Of a stretch of DNA of 64,000 nucleotides, positions 18,735-28,095 are shown one piece after another. This DNA comes from an uncultured Acidobacteriota bacterium (GTDB lineage: Bacteria > Acidobacteriota > Thermoanaerobaculia > Multivoradales > UBA5704), in contig OY969474.1 of NCBI GenBank assembly GCA_963700145.1, positions 448,001 through 512,000 on the forward strand, given 5' to 3'. The notes beneath the pieces are model-generated. The model saw only the letters and a program-made list of their open reading frames with translations, did not search any database and had not been told where the DNA came from. Every line of letters begins with the position of its first letter. Position 1 is the first letter of the stretch. Both the position numbers and the translations under genes were made by a program.

Positions 18735-19108
18735 GCCTACGGGCCGCCGCCCTCCTCGCGCTCGCGACCCTGACCGCGGCCGGCTGCGGGGAGGGCGACG
18801 TCGTCGCGGAGGCGCGCCGGCGGACCGGCGGCGAACCCGCGCGCGGCCGCGAGCTGGTGCGCGTCTACGGCTGCGGCAGCTGCCACACCCTGCAAGGCGT
18901 GAGCGGCGCCGGCGGCGTGGTCGGGCCGCCGCTCGACGGCCTCGGCAGCCGCACCCATCTCGCCGGGCGGCTCCCCAACACGCCCGAGAACCTCCTGCTC
19001 TGGATCCAGCATCCGCAACGCGTCGCTCCCGGCACGAACATGCCCGACCTGGGGATCGGCGAGCGCGACGCCCGCGACCTCGCCGCCTACCTCTACACCC
19101 TGCGCTGA
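18731..19108 (+). CDS. Small c-type cytochrome (lipoprotein-like)
   Basis: Signal ending AAGC; CGSCH heme motif; VGPPL and PGTNMP distal Met; ATGA overlap with murJ stop. Confidence 0.85.
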   Translation: MSLRAAALLALATLTAAGCGEGDVVAEARRRTGGEPARGRELVRVYGCGSCHTLQGVSGAGGVVGPPLDGLGSRTHLAGRLPNTPENLLLWIQHPQRVAPGTNMPDLGIGERDARDLAAYLYTLR

Positions 19109-19116
19109 GGCGGTCC

Positions 19117-21120
19117 TCAGTCCCGCGGGCGGGCGAAGCGGAGGCCGACGCGGAGGAGGCGCGGCGGGCCGAGCGTGAGGACCGGCGTGCGGCCCACCTC
19201 GACGCGCTCGTCGAAGAGGTTCTCGACCGCGGCGAAGGCGGTGAAGCCGCGGCCGAGCGGGCGGGCGGCGAGGAGGTCCACGGTCGCGAAGCTCGCGAGC
19301 CGCAGGCGGTTCTGGTCGTCGTCGAACTGCGCGTTCACCCAGCGCGCCTGGAGGCCTAGCGTGGCGCGCGGGTCGTCCCGGCGGAGCGTCAGCGAGGCCT
19401 GCCGCCGCGGCACCTGCGGCAGGCGCAGCCCCTCGAGGTCGCGGTTCGCCGGGAAGCTCGTCACCCGTGCGTCGGCCAGCAGCCACCCGGCGCCGAGCGT
19501 CCAGCGCTCACCCAGCCGCGCCGCCAGGTCCAGCTCGACGCCGCGCGAGCGGCTGCGGCCGAGGTTCTCGCGGCGGCGGGTGATGAGCCCCGGCTCGACC
19601 GCCAGGGTGACGTTGGCGATCGTGCGGTCCACCTCCATCCAGAAGAGAGTGCCGCGCGCCGTCAGCCGCCCGCCGGCGGCGGTGAGCAGCGCCCCTGCCT
19701 CCGCGCCCGCCGAGCGCTCCGCCGCCAGCGCCGGGTTCGCCAGGGTCACGACGTCGCCGACGCGGAAGGCGCGGTACAGCTCGTTGAGCGTCGGGGCGCG
19801 GAAGCCGCGGTAGGCGGCGGCGGTGAGCGCCCAGCGCTCGTCGACGCGGTAGAGGAGGGAGGCGCGCGGCGAGAAGGCGTCTTCCGCGCGCGCGCCGCCG
19901 GTGCCGTCGTTCTCCCGGCGGTCCCAGCGCGCGGCGAGGGCCAGGGAGAGCCGCTCCGAGAGTCGCAGCAGGTCCTCAGCGTAAAGCCCGGCCGTCCGCT
20001 GCCGCCCGCCGGCGGCGGCGCGCACGCTCCCCGCGGGGGTGAAGGCGGTCTCGTCGCTCGTCCCCTCGACGTCCCGCAGCTCGACCCCGGCGACCAGCGT
20101 CTGGCGCGCGCCGGCCGGCTGCGTCCACTGCAGGCTGCCGCCGGCCGTCTCGGCCGGCACCTCCTGCGCCCGGATCAACCGTTCGCTCCGCCGGTCGGCG
20201 GCGACCGCCGTGAACGTTTGCTCGAAGTCCTGCTCGCCGGCCCAGGCGCGTGCCGCGAGGAGACCGCCCCCGAGCCTCCAGTCGCCGCCGGTGCTGCCCT
20301 GGAAGAGCCGGGTGGCGTTGGTCTGGAGCGGCGTGCCGTTGCGGCGCGACTCGTCGAACGCGGAGGCCCGGACGAAGAGCCGCCCGCCCCCCGCCGGCGC
20401 GCGCTCGAGGGTCAGGTCGCCGGCGGCATGGCGCGAGTCGGCCGGCGTGTCCGCGGGACCGCGCTCGCGCGGATCGACGAGCACGTAACCGTCCGTCTCC
20501 GCGGCGGCGGCGGTGAGGCTCGCGCCCCACGTCGCGCCGCGTTCCACCCAGAAGAGCGACCCTTCGGCGCTGTCCAGCTCGCCGAGCGACGCTTCGCCGC
20601 GCACCTGCGGCGCCGCCTCCCGCCGCACGAGCTGCACCACGCCGGCGAGCGCCGTGCTGCCGTAGAGGTCCGAGGCGCCGCCGCGCAGCACCTCGACCCG
20701 CGCCAGCGCCGCCCGCGGCACCCGGCCCCAGTAGATCCAGCCGCCGAAGGGGTCGTTGAGCGGCACGCCGTCGTCGAGCACGAGGGCGCGGCTGGCGCCG
20801 CTGCCGCCGAGGCCGCGGAGCGAGGCCCCCTGCGCGGTCGGGTTGGCGAAGCGGCTGCCGCTGCGGCGGAAGAGGGAGAAGCCGGGCACCTGGCGGAGGG
20901 CGTCGTCGAGCGTCGGCGCGGCGGTGGCGGCCAGCTCCTCGGTCGAGAGCACCGTCACGCTCGCCGCCGTGTCGGCGAGGTGCGCCGGCGTGCGCGTGGC
21001 GGTGACGGTGATCTCATCCGCGATGGATTGAAGCGCCGCTTGCCGCAGCGGTTCGAGCACTGGGTGGAGGAGCGCGAGGTCGACCGCGAGCGCGGCCAGC
21101 AGCGCCGCGGCGCCGGTCAC
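19117..21120 (-). CDS. TonB-dependent receptor
   Basis: EITVTATR TonB box; plug (RVEVLRGG.S.LYG...GVV); barrel ending ENLFD...R.GLRF. Confidence 0.9.
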   Translation of the reverse strand: MTGAAALLAALAVDLALLHPVLEPLRQAALQSIADEITVTATRTPAHLADTAASVTVLSTEELAATAAPTLDDALRQVPGFSLFRRSGSRFANPTAQGASLRGLGGSGASRALVLDDGVPLNDPFGGWIYWGRVPRAALARVEVLRGGASDLYGSTALAGVVQLVRREAAPQVRGEASLGELDSAEGSLFWVERGATWGASLTAAAAETDGYVLVDPRERGPADTPADSRHAAGDLTLERAPAGGGRLFVRASAFDESRRNGTPLQTNATRLFQGSTGGDWRLGGGLLAARAWAGEQDFEQTFTAVAADRRSERLIRAQEVPAETAGGSLQWTQPAGARQTLVAGVELRDVEGTSDETAFTPAGSVRAAAGGRQRTAGLYAEDLLRLSERLSLALAARWDRRENDGTGGARAEDAFSPRASLLYRVDERWALTAAAYRGFRAPTLNELYRAFRVGDVVTLANPALAAERSAGAEAGALLTAAGGRLTARGTLFWMEVDRTIANVTLAVEPGLITRRRENLGRSRSRGVELDLAARLGERWTLGAGWLLADARVTSFPANRDLEGLRLPQVPRRQASLTLRRDDPRATLGLQARWVNAQFDDDQNRLRLASFATVDLLAARPLGRGFTAFAAVENLFDERVEVGRTPVLTLGPPRLLRVGLRFARPRD

Positions 21121-21620
21121 GGAGCGGCGGGGAGGCGGGAGAGGACCGTCTCGGCGATCCCGCGCGCGGCGGCGAACGGGTCGTCCACCTGCGGCGCCTG
21201 GACGGTGACCGTGAGCTGGGTGGCGCCCCGCCGCACGTGGAGCTGCCCCATCCCCTCCGCCCAGACGGCGCCGTCGCCGAGCCCGGTGACCTCGCGGCCG
21301 CGCAGCGTCGAGGCGACGGAGTCGAGCGTCCCCTGGGCGCGCTTCGCCGAGCGATGGCGGTGGATCTTGAGGCTGGCGATGTCCGGCGGGGAGGAGTAGC
21401 CCGCCGAGTAGGCGCAGACCGTGAGATCGCGCCCCAACTCGTCCTCGACCAGGCTCTGCATCAGCCCGACGTTGTCCTTGAGCACCACCTTGGCGTCGTT
21501 CGGCCCGAAGAGCTGGCAGGCGTCGAGCGGCGGCCCGGCGGCGGCAGGCTCCGCCTCGTCGTCGCCGCCGCAGCCGGCGAGGACGAGCCCGAGGACCAGG
21601 AGCCGCGCAAGCTTCCTCAA
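21117..21620 (-). CDS. Putative lipoprotein
   Basis: Lipobox VLAGC; translationally coupled to neighbours. Confidence 0.7.
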   Translation of the reverse strand: MRKLARLLVLGLVLAGCGGDDEAEPAAAGPPLDACQLFGPNDAKVVLKDNVGLMQSLVEDELGRDLTVCAYSAGYSSPPDIASLKIHRHRSAKRAQGTLDSVASTLRGREVTGLGDGAVWAEGMGQLHVRRGATQLTVTVQAPQVDDPFAAARGIAETVLSRLPAAP

Positions 21621-22705
21621 TGCACCCTCCGCCGGCGGTTGCGGATGTAGTCCGCCAGGATGAACTCGCCGAGATTGTACGGCGAGGCGAAGTAGGCGCG
21701 GCCGCGGTTGACCTTGGTGAGCTTCTCGACGAACTCGGTGAGCATCGGGTCGGTCGCCAGCATGAAGGTGGTGACGACCACCTTCTGCCGGCGGCAGAGG
21801 TCGGCCTCCTCGAGCGTCAGGTTGACGATCCTCATGTCGAGGCCGAAGGGGTTCTTGTAGATCCGGTTGCCGTCGGTGATCGCCGAGGGCTTGCCGTCGG
21901 TGATCAGGAAGATCTGCTTGTTCGGCTGCTTCTGGCGGGCGAGGAGGCTGCGCGCCAGCTGCAGCGCCTCGCGGGTGTTGGTGTGGAAGGGTCCGGCCTG
22001 GATGTAGGGGATGTCCGAAAGGTCCACGCGCTCGGCGCGGTCGCCGAAGAGGATCACGCCGAGGTGGTCCTTCGGGTACTTCGTGGTGATCAGCTCGGTC
22101 AGCGCCAGCGCCACCGTCTTGGCCGGCGTGATGCGGTCCTCGCCGTAGAGCACCATCGAGTGGCTGACGTCGATCGCCACGACCGTCGCGCAGGAGGTCA
22201 GGTGCTCGGTCTCGTGGATCTCCAGGTCCTCCTCGGCGAGCGCCAGGTCGCCGTGGGTGCGGCGCATGGCATTCTGCAGCGAGCGCGAGGCGTCGAGCAG
22301 GTGGAGGTCGTCGCCGAAGGCGTAGGGGCGGGTCTCGGGGAGGCGCTCGATCCCCTCGCCGGCGTTTTGCACCGGGTGATAGCCGGGGCCGGCCCGCTCG
22401 AGGCTGCCGAAGATCTCCTCGAAGGCGCTGCGCCGGATCTGCCGCTCGCCGGCGCCGGTCATCTGCAAGCCCCCCGCGGCGTCGCGCTCGAGGAGCTGCT
22501 GCTCCTCCAGGCTGGCGAAGAAAGCTTCAAGGTCCACGGCCTCCGAGATGTACCCTTGCTGTTGGAGCTGCCGCATCCAGTCCATCGCCTCATCGACGTC
22601 CCCACCCGAGGCGAGGAGGAGCTGGTTGAACAGCCGCAGCAGCGAGAGCCCGGCGAGGATCTCCTGCAGCAGCGCGGGATCGAGCCAGCGGTAGGAGTGG
22701 CGCAT
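21617..22705 (-). CDS. VWA domain protein, partner of upstream AAA+ ATPase
   Basis: MIDAS DVSHS, T and ITDG motifs. Confidence 0.88.
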   Translation of the reverse strand: MRHSYRWLDPALLQEILAGLSLLRLFNQLLLASGGDVDEAMDWMRQLQQQGYISEAVDLEAFFASLEEQQLLERDAAGGLQMTGAGERQIRRSAFEEIFGSLERAGPGYHPVQNAGEGIERLPETRPYAFGDDLHLLDASRSLQNAMRRTHGDLALAEEDLEIHETEHLTSCATVVAIDVSHSMVLYGEDRITPAKTVALALTELITTKYPKDHLGVILFGDRAERVDLSDIPYIQAGPFHTNTREALQLARSLLARQKQPNKQIFLITDGKPSAITDGNRIYKNPFGLDMRIVNLTLEEADLCRRQKVVVTTFMLATDPMLTEFVEKLTKVNRGRAYFASPYNLGEFILADYIRNRRRRVH

Positions 22706-22719
22706 GGGTATCTAGGTTG

Positions 22720-22811
22720 GCCCCCGCCCAGATCCTTCGCTGCGCTCAGGATGACATGGCCGGACGTCATCCTGAGCGGAGCGCAGCGAAGCGAAGGATC
22801 TGGGCGGGGGC
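22720..22811. repeat. REP-like palindromic repeat, copy 1
   Basis: CCCCCGCCCAGATCCTTCGCT..CTCAGGATGAC / GTCATCCTGAGC..GCGAAGGATCTGGGCGGGGG. Confidence 0.85.
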
Positions 22812-22812
22812 G

Positions 22813-24315
22813 TCAATTCACGTCACCTCTTCCACCCCCAGTCCGCCGCGGCTTCAGGAGCTGGAACTTGATCATCTCCTTGTAGCTCACCTGGCTGTCG
22901 AGGTCGTGGCGGGCGAGCTTCAAGTGCTGGTGGAGGCCTTCGAGGACCATCTCGGCCGCCCAGGCCTGCTCTTCGCGCGCCTTGCCGCCGCCGTAGCGGG
23001 CGGCCAGGTCCCAGAGGCCCGGCACGCGCTTGAGCTCCCGCTCGTAGTCGGCGAAGGGCTGCTCGTCGGCGATCGTCACCTCGTTGCCCTCGGCGAACCA
23101 GCGGACGATCGGCGCGTAGGGCCCGCGGTCGTCCTCGCCGCCGCTCCCCACCTCCTTGGTCACTTCCGGGAAGCGCCCCTCGAAGAGCTTCTTGACTGCC
23201 TGGCCGATCAGCCGCCGCGCCACCACCTCCGCACCCTGCTGCTCCCCCTCGTAGACCATCTCCACCTTGCCGGTGATCGCCGGCAGCAGCATCTGGAAGT
23301 CGCAGAGGCGCGGCGTCACCGGCCGGTCGCCGGTGCCGAGCGCGCGCCGCTCGAGGTTTGAGACCAGCAGCTCCATCGCCGAGATCGAGACCCGCGCCGA
23401 GACCCCCGAGGACTGGTCCACGAGGTCGCTCTCGCGCGCCGCGAAGCCGATCTCCTCGATCAGCAGCCGCGCCTCCTCGGGGATCGACACCCCCGGCTGG
23501 TCGCGCTCGGTCCAGGCCTCCTGGCGGGTGATGTCCGCGGCCACCTCGCGGCTCGGCGGGTAGTGGGTGAGGATCTGCGACGAGATGCGGTCCTTGAGCG
23601 GGGTGATGATCGAGCCGCGGTTGGTGTAGTCCTCCGGGTTGGCCGAGAAGACCATCAGCAGGTCGAGCGGGATGCGCACCGGGAAGCCGCGGATCTGGAG
23701 GTCGCGCTCCTCGAGCAGGTTGAACAGGCCGACCTGGATGCGCGGCGCCAGGTCGGGCAGCTCGTTGATGGCGAAGATGCCGCGGTTGGTGCGCGGCACG
23801 ATGCCGAAGTGGATGACCTCCGGGTCGGCGAAGGTGAGGCGGCGGGTGGCGGCCTTGATCGGGTCGATGTCGCCCAGCAGGTCGGCGATCGAGACGTCCG
23901 GCGTCGCCAGCTTCTCGTTGTAGCGCTCCTCCCGCCCCATCCAGTCGACCGGCGCCTCGTCGCCGGCCTCGGCCACGATGCGCTTGCCGTGGGTCGAGAT
24001 CGGCGCCAGCGGGTCGTCGTTGAGCTCGGTGCCGGCGAGGACAGGGACCGCCTCGTCGAGCAGGGTGACGAGCGCGCGCAGGATGCGCGTCTTGGCTTGT
24101 CCGCGCAGCCCCAGGAGGATGAAGTCATGCTCGGCGAGCAGGGCGTTGACCACGCCCGGGATCACCGTGCGGTCGTAGCCCAGGATGCCGGGGAAGAGCG
24201 GGCCGCCGGCGGCGAGGCGGGCGCGCAGGTTGTCGCGCAGCTCGCGCTTGACGGTGCGCGGGCGGTAGCCGGAGGCCCTGAGCTCTCCGAGCGTCGTGGG
24301 ACGGCGGTTCGACAT
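22813..24315 (-). CDS. Mg-chelatase-like AAA+ ATPase
   Basis: GLRGQAKTR Walker A, FAINELPDL Walker B, SANPEDYTNRG; start MSNRR overlaps trxB stop (TGATG). Confidence 0.88.
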   Translation of the reverse strand: MSNRRPTTLGELRASGYRPRTVKRELRDNLRARLAAGGPLFPGILGYDRTVIPGVVNALLAEHDFILLGLRGQAKTRILRALVTLLDEAVPVLAGTELNDDPLAPISTHGKRIVAEAGDEAPVDWMGREERYNEKLATPDVSIADLLGDIDPIKAATRRLTFADPEVIHFGIVPRTNRGIFAINELPDLAPRIQVGLFNLLEERDLQIRGFPVRIPLDLLMVFSANPEDYTNRGSIITPLKDRISSQILTHYPPSREVAADITRQEAWTERDQPGVSIPEEARLLIEEIGFAARESDLVDQSSGVSARVSISAMELLVSNLERRALGTGDRPVTPRLCDFQMLLPAITGKVEMVYEGEQQGAEVVARRLIGQAVKKLFEGRFPEVTKEVGSGGEDDRGPYAPIVRWFAEGNEVTIADEQPFADYERELKRVPGLWDLAARYGGGKAREEQAWAAEMVLEGLHQHLKLARHDLDSQVSYKEMIKFQLLKPRRTGGGRGDVN

Positions 24316-25271
24316 CAGTCGTGCTGCTCCTCGAGCCAGCGCTCGGCGTCGATCGCCGCGCGGCAGCCGGTGCCGGCGGCGGTCACCGCCTGGCGGTAGA
24401 TCGAATCGGCGGCGTCGCCGGAAGCGAAGACGCCGGGGACGTTGGTGCGGGTGGAGGGCTCCTGCACCCGGATGTAGCCGACCTCGTTCATCTCCAGCTT
24501 GCCGCGGAAGATGTCGGTGTTCGGCTTGTGGCCGATGGCGAGGAAGACGCCCTGGGTCGGAAACTCGCTGTCCTCGCCGGTCTTGCGGTTGTGCAGCTTT
24601 ACGGCCACGACCCCGCCCTCGCGGCTCCCCAGGATGTCGGTCATCAGGCTGTTCCAGATCCAGGAGATCTTGGGGTTGGCGAAGGCGCGGTCCTGCATGA
24701 TCTTCGAGGCCCGCAGCTCGTCGCGGCGGTGGATGACCGTCACCTTGCTGGCGAACTTGGTGAGGTAGGTCGCCTCCTCCATCGCCGAGTCGCCGCCGCC
24801 GATGACGACGATCTCCTTGTCGCGGAAGAAGAAGCCGTCGCAGGTGGCGCAGGCCGAGACGCCGTAGCCCATGAGCTCGGCCTCGGCGCGCAGCCCCATG
24901 AGCTTGGCCGTGGCGCCGGTGGCGATGATCACGGCGCCGGCGCGGTAGGTCGCCTCGTCGGTGCGGACGGTGAAGGGGCGGCGGTCGAAGTCCACCTCGA
25001 CCACCTGCTCCCACTTCGACAGCGCCCCGAAGCGGCGCGCCTGGTCGCGCATCTTCTCCATCAGCTCGGGGCCCATGATCCCTTCGGGGAAGCCGGGGTA
25101 GTTCTCGACGTCGGTCGTGATCGTGAGCTGCCCGCCCGGCTGGTTGCCTTCGAGCACCAGCGGCGCCAGGTCGGCGCGGGCGGCGTAGAGCGCCGCAGTC
25201 AGCCCGGCCGGGCCGGAGCCGAGGACGACGACGCGGTGATAGGGAGGGGACTGCGGCTCGGCGCTGGCCAT
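24315..25271 (-). CDS. trxB: Thioredoxin reductase
   Basis: [25 protein letters not shown] redox motif, [15 protein letters not shown]. Confidence 0.96.
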   Translation of the reverse strand: MASAEPQSPPYHRVVVLGSGPAGLTAALYAARADLAPLVLEGNQPGGQLTITTDVENYPGFPEGIMGPELMEKMRDQARRFGALSKWEQVVEVDFDRRPFTVRTDEATYRAGAVIIATGATAKLMGLRAEAELMGYGVSACATCDGFFFRDKEIVVIGGGDSAMEEATYLTKFASKVTVIHRRDELRASKIMQDRAFANPKISWIWNSLMTDILGSREGGVVAVKLHNRKTGEDSEFPTQGVFLAIGHKPNTDIFRGKLEMNEVGYIRVQEPSTRTNVPGVFASGDAADSIYRQAVTAAGTGCRAAIDAERWLEEQHD

Positions 25272-25475
25272 CGAGAGAGTGGTGCCTCCTGGGGGCTGGT
25301 GTGGGTGCGCGGGGCCGGGAGGACCGCCCGAACGGCCCGCCGGCAGTATACCAGCGGGGTTCGCGGCCCTCGGGCCCTCATCCTGCAACAGAAGGAGCCG
25401 GCGGCGCTCTTCCAGCGCGCCGTAGAATGGGCGCACGCGGCCGACCCGGCCGCCGCGCAGGGAGGGAGACGAGAG

Positions 25476-26003
25476 ATGCTCGCAAGCCAGAAGCTGATCG
25501 ACGCGTTCAACGGCCAGATCGGCCACGAGATGGGGGCCTCGCTCCAGTACGTGGCGCTGGCCAGCTACTTCGACGCCGAGGTGCTGCCGCAGCTCGCCCA
25601 GTTCTTCTACCGCCAGTCCGAGGAGGAGCGCGACCACGCGATGAAGTTCGTCAAGTTCATCGTCGACGTCGGCGGCCGGGTGGACATCCCCGAGATCCCG
25701 CGCGCCCGCTGCGACTTCGCCTCGGCCGAGGAGGCCGTGCAGCTCGCGGTGGACTGGGAGAAGCAGGTGACGCAGCAGATCTACGACCTGCTGGAGCTGG
25801 CGGTCAAGGAGAAGAACCACATCGCCCGCCGCTTCCTCGACTGGTTCGTCGACGAGCAGCTCGAGGAGGTGACGACGATGACGTCACTGGTCGCCATCAT
25901 CCAACGCGCCGGCAAGGAGCGCTTGATCCTCGTCGAAGACTACCTGGCCCGCGGCGGCGCCAGGAGCCTAGAGAGCCCCGCTGCGCCGGGCGGTGAGACC
26001 TAA
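25476..26003 (+). CDS. Ferritin (non-heme)
   Basis: [29 protein letters not shown] ferroxidase residues. Confidence 0.9.
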   Translation: MLASQKLIDAFNGQIGHEMGASLQYVALASYFDAEVLPQLAQFFYRQSEEERDHAMKFVKFIVDVGGRVDIPEIPRARCDFASAEEAVQLAVDWEKQVTQQIYDLLELAVKEKNHIARRFLDWFVDEQLEEVTTMTSLVAIIQRAGKERLILVEDYLARGGARSLESPAAPGGET

Positions 26004-26062
26004 CGTCGGATGCAGCCAGGGGCCGGCAGCCCTCAGGAGCTCGTCCTGCGAGAACGAGCGGC

Positions 26063-26091
26063 TTGCAGGGCTCGCGCTTTTCGGCTATACC
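26063..26091 (+). promoter_or_regulatory. Putative sigma70 promoter of the retron (TTGCAG-17 bp-TATACC)
   Basis: Correctly spaced -35/-10-like hexamers immediately 5' of the ncRNA inverted repeat. Confidence 0.55.
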
Positions 26092-26092
26092 T

Positions 26093-26241
26093 GGGGTTGG
26101 CACTTGGCGGCGAGCCCAGAATTGAGTTCTGCTGGCGATCCGTCAGCGGCTTATTGGGTGTTTAGCTTTACAGGTTCGCTGAGCGAGGCTCGGTGGGCGC
26201 GCTACAAGGTAGAATTTCGCCCGTCGCCAAGTGCTTACCCC
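26093..26241 (+). ncRNA. Retron msr-msd non-coding RNA (predicted)
   Basis: Terminal inverted repeat GGGGTTGGCACTTGGCGGCG (26093-26112) / CGTCGCCAAGTGCTTACCCC (26222-26241); two short msr-like hairpins (26117-26131, 26131-26147); longer hairpin 26174-26198; directly upstream of a retron RT. Confidence 0.75.
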
Positions 26242-26281
26242 CGACTCGTCGACTTTAATCGTTGAACCTCGTGGGTTGGCC

Positions 26282-27889
26282 ATGCCTGTCTCTCTCATTG
26301 TCCCTGGACCCCCGGACGAGCTTAAGACGCGGTTCCTTACTCTCCGCACAATACGAGATGTGGCCCGCCTTTTGATGATCACTGAGGAGCATCTCAACTA
26401 TCTCGCATACTATCGACGCAAGGGGAAGTATCGCACCTTCACTGTTAAGAAGAGGCGGGGTGGCAGACGGACCTTGGCTGAACCATTCCCTCCACTTAAA
26501 CTACTGCAAAAGCGACTACTGAGCGTGCTCAGCCACGTCTATAAGCCACGATCTGCTGTGCATGGCTTCACGTCTGGCCGAAGCATCGCCAAAAATGCGC
26601 AGAAGCACGCCGGACGACGTCTCGTCCTGAACCTTGACCTTCTGGACTTTTTCCCTTCCGTAAACTTCGGGCGCGTTCGCGGCATGCTACTAGCTAAGCC
26701 GTACCTCTTGGGCGGGCCAGCTGCAACAGTGCTTGCCCAGTTGTGCTGTTACAAGAATAGCCTTCCACAGGGAGCACCGACATCGCCGATAATCTCGAAT
26801 ATGATTTGTAGAGGCCTCGATCGAGAGCTTGAGCTTCTGGCGCGAAAAGTACGATGCACGTATACCCGCTATGCGGACGACTTGACGTTCTCTACTGATG
26901 AAGCTCAATTTCGGCATGAGCTGATAGCTGATTCTCACGCGGAGCCTGTCGTACTGGGGGCAAGGCTGCGGTCTGCCATTGAGTCACATGGCTTCCAGAT
27001 CAATGAAGGGAAGATCCGAATTCAGAGTCAAGCGCAGCGGCAGGAAGTTACAGGTCTTACAGTGAACTCCAAGCCAAATGTCCAACGCCACTATATTCGC
27101 AGAACCCGCGCAATGCTGCATGCTTGGGAGAAGTATGGCCACGATGCCGCGGAGCGAGTTTTTATTGCGAACGACACGAAGGACAGGGGCCCCTATCACC
27201 AACGGCCGAAGTTCGGTCGGGTCGTTAAGGGAAGGCTAGACTTCCTGGCGATGGTCAGGGGGAACGACGATGCGGTCTATCTCAAGTTCATCAAGCAATA
27301 CGCAGCATTGAACCCTTCCTATCGACCTCTGCCCGTCGAGCAACAGCGCCCACGGCACCTTAAGACCTACCGCGACGCGATTTGGGTGCTTGAGGGCGAA
27401 AGTCAAGGAACAGCTTTCGAACTTGAAGGCTATGGGCTCATCAGCTGCGATCACGTAGTCGGCGGGCAGATGCAGGTATACCGTCCTGGTCGTCCCGAAG
27501 TACGTTATCCTGTGGAAATTCTCGCGAGAGACAGAGAGCTGGATGTCGCCGTCCTGCGTTTCGGCGGCGAGGGCGGTTTTCTCCTGAAGCGGTCGCTGGC
27601 AGGAGTAAGCCAAGGGACTCCTGTGAAGTTACTCGGATGCCCCCAGCATTCGACGGGAAGCAGCCTCTATGAGGAATTAGGGTCTGTGGCGGGTATTCGT
27701 AGACACATGCAGCAGGAGCGCATTCTGGTGACTATGAGGATCGTTGCGGGCTCCAGCGGCAGCCCAGTTATTGATTCATCTGGTAGAGTCATCGGAATCG
27801 CTGCGACTGGGGACGACAAATTCGAGGAGGAGCGAGCGGTTCAGTATGGTGTGATTCCTATCGGTACACTCGACAAGTTGGCTGTCTAG
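26282..27889 (+). CDS. Retron-type reverse transcriptase fused to C-terminal trypsin-like serine protease
   Basis: RT motifs LDLLDFFPS, LPQGAPTSP, YTRYADDLTFS; retron signatures NAQKH and VTGL; protease triad CDHV / LDVAVL / GSSGSP; visibly lower GC than flanks. Confidence 0.92.
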   Translation: MPVSLIVPGPPDELKTRFLTLRTIRDVARLLMITEEHLNYLAYYRRKGKYRTFTVKKRRGGRRTLAEPFPPLKLLQKRLLSVLSHVYKPRSAVHGFTSGRSIAKNAQKHAGRRLVLNLDLLDFFPSVNFGRVRGMLLAKPYLLGGPAATVLAQLCCYKNSLPQGAPTSPIISNMICRGLDRELELLARKVRCTYTRYADDLTFSTDEAQFRHELIADSHAEPVVLGARLRSAIESHGFQINEGKIRIQSQAQRQEVTGLTVNSKPNVQRHYIRRTRAMLHAWEKYGHDAAERVFIANDTKDRGPYHQRPKFGRVVKGRLDFLAMVRGNDDAVYLKFIKQYAALNPSYRPLPVEQQRPRHLKTYRDAIWVLEGESQGTAFELEGYGLISCDHVVGGQMQVYRPGRPEVRYPVEILARDRELDVAVLRFGGEGGFLLKRSLAGVSQGTPVKLLGCPQHSTGSSLYEELGSVAGIRRHMQQERILVTMRIVAGSSGSPVIDSSGRVIGIAATGDDKFEEERAVQYGVIPIGTLDKLAV

Positions 27890-27895
27890 GTCCCT

Positions 27896-28090
27896 ATGTC
27901 GACCAGGTTCAAGAGCGGCACACCACGCGAGTGTTCGCGCGAGGTCATCCATCTAAGCGCCTCTTACCTTCAGGCGGTAGAGCAGCTGGAGGCGCGGCCG
28001 GAGAACCAGAGCGGCGCTGACAAGACCTGGGTGGAGCGGGCGCTCCGGGAGTTCCGGGAGCACTACGCTAAAGCCGTACGGGTACGCTGA
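27896..28090 (+). CDS. Small hypothetical helical protein (64 aa), possible antitoxin/partner of downstream NTase
   Basis: Fills the gap with 6-nt and 5-nt spacers between RT and NTase; no motif recognised. Confidence 0.5.
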   Translation: MSTRFKSGTPRECSREVIHLSASYLQAVEQLEARPENQSGADKTWVERALREFREHYAKAVRVR

Positions 28091-28095
28091 ACGGA

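Noticed and set aside
25993-26397. Small ORFs 25993-26265 (+) and 26143-26397 (-), and GTG 26231 as the RT start
   Set aside because: They overlap the predicted ncRNA or RT; GTG 26231 lies inside the a1 arm, so ATG 26282 is preferred.
26282-27889. RT as group II intron, DGR or CRISPR-associated RT
   Set aside because: Has retron NAxxH/VTG motifs and an upstream a1/a2 ncRNA; no maturase/HNH domain, TR/VR pair or Cas1 seen.
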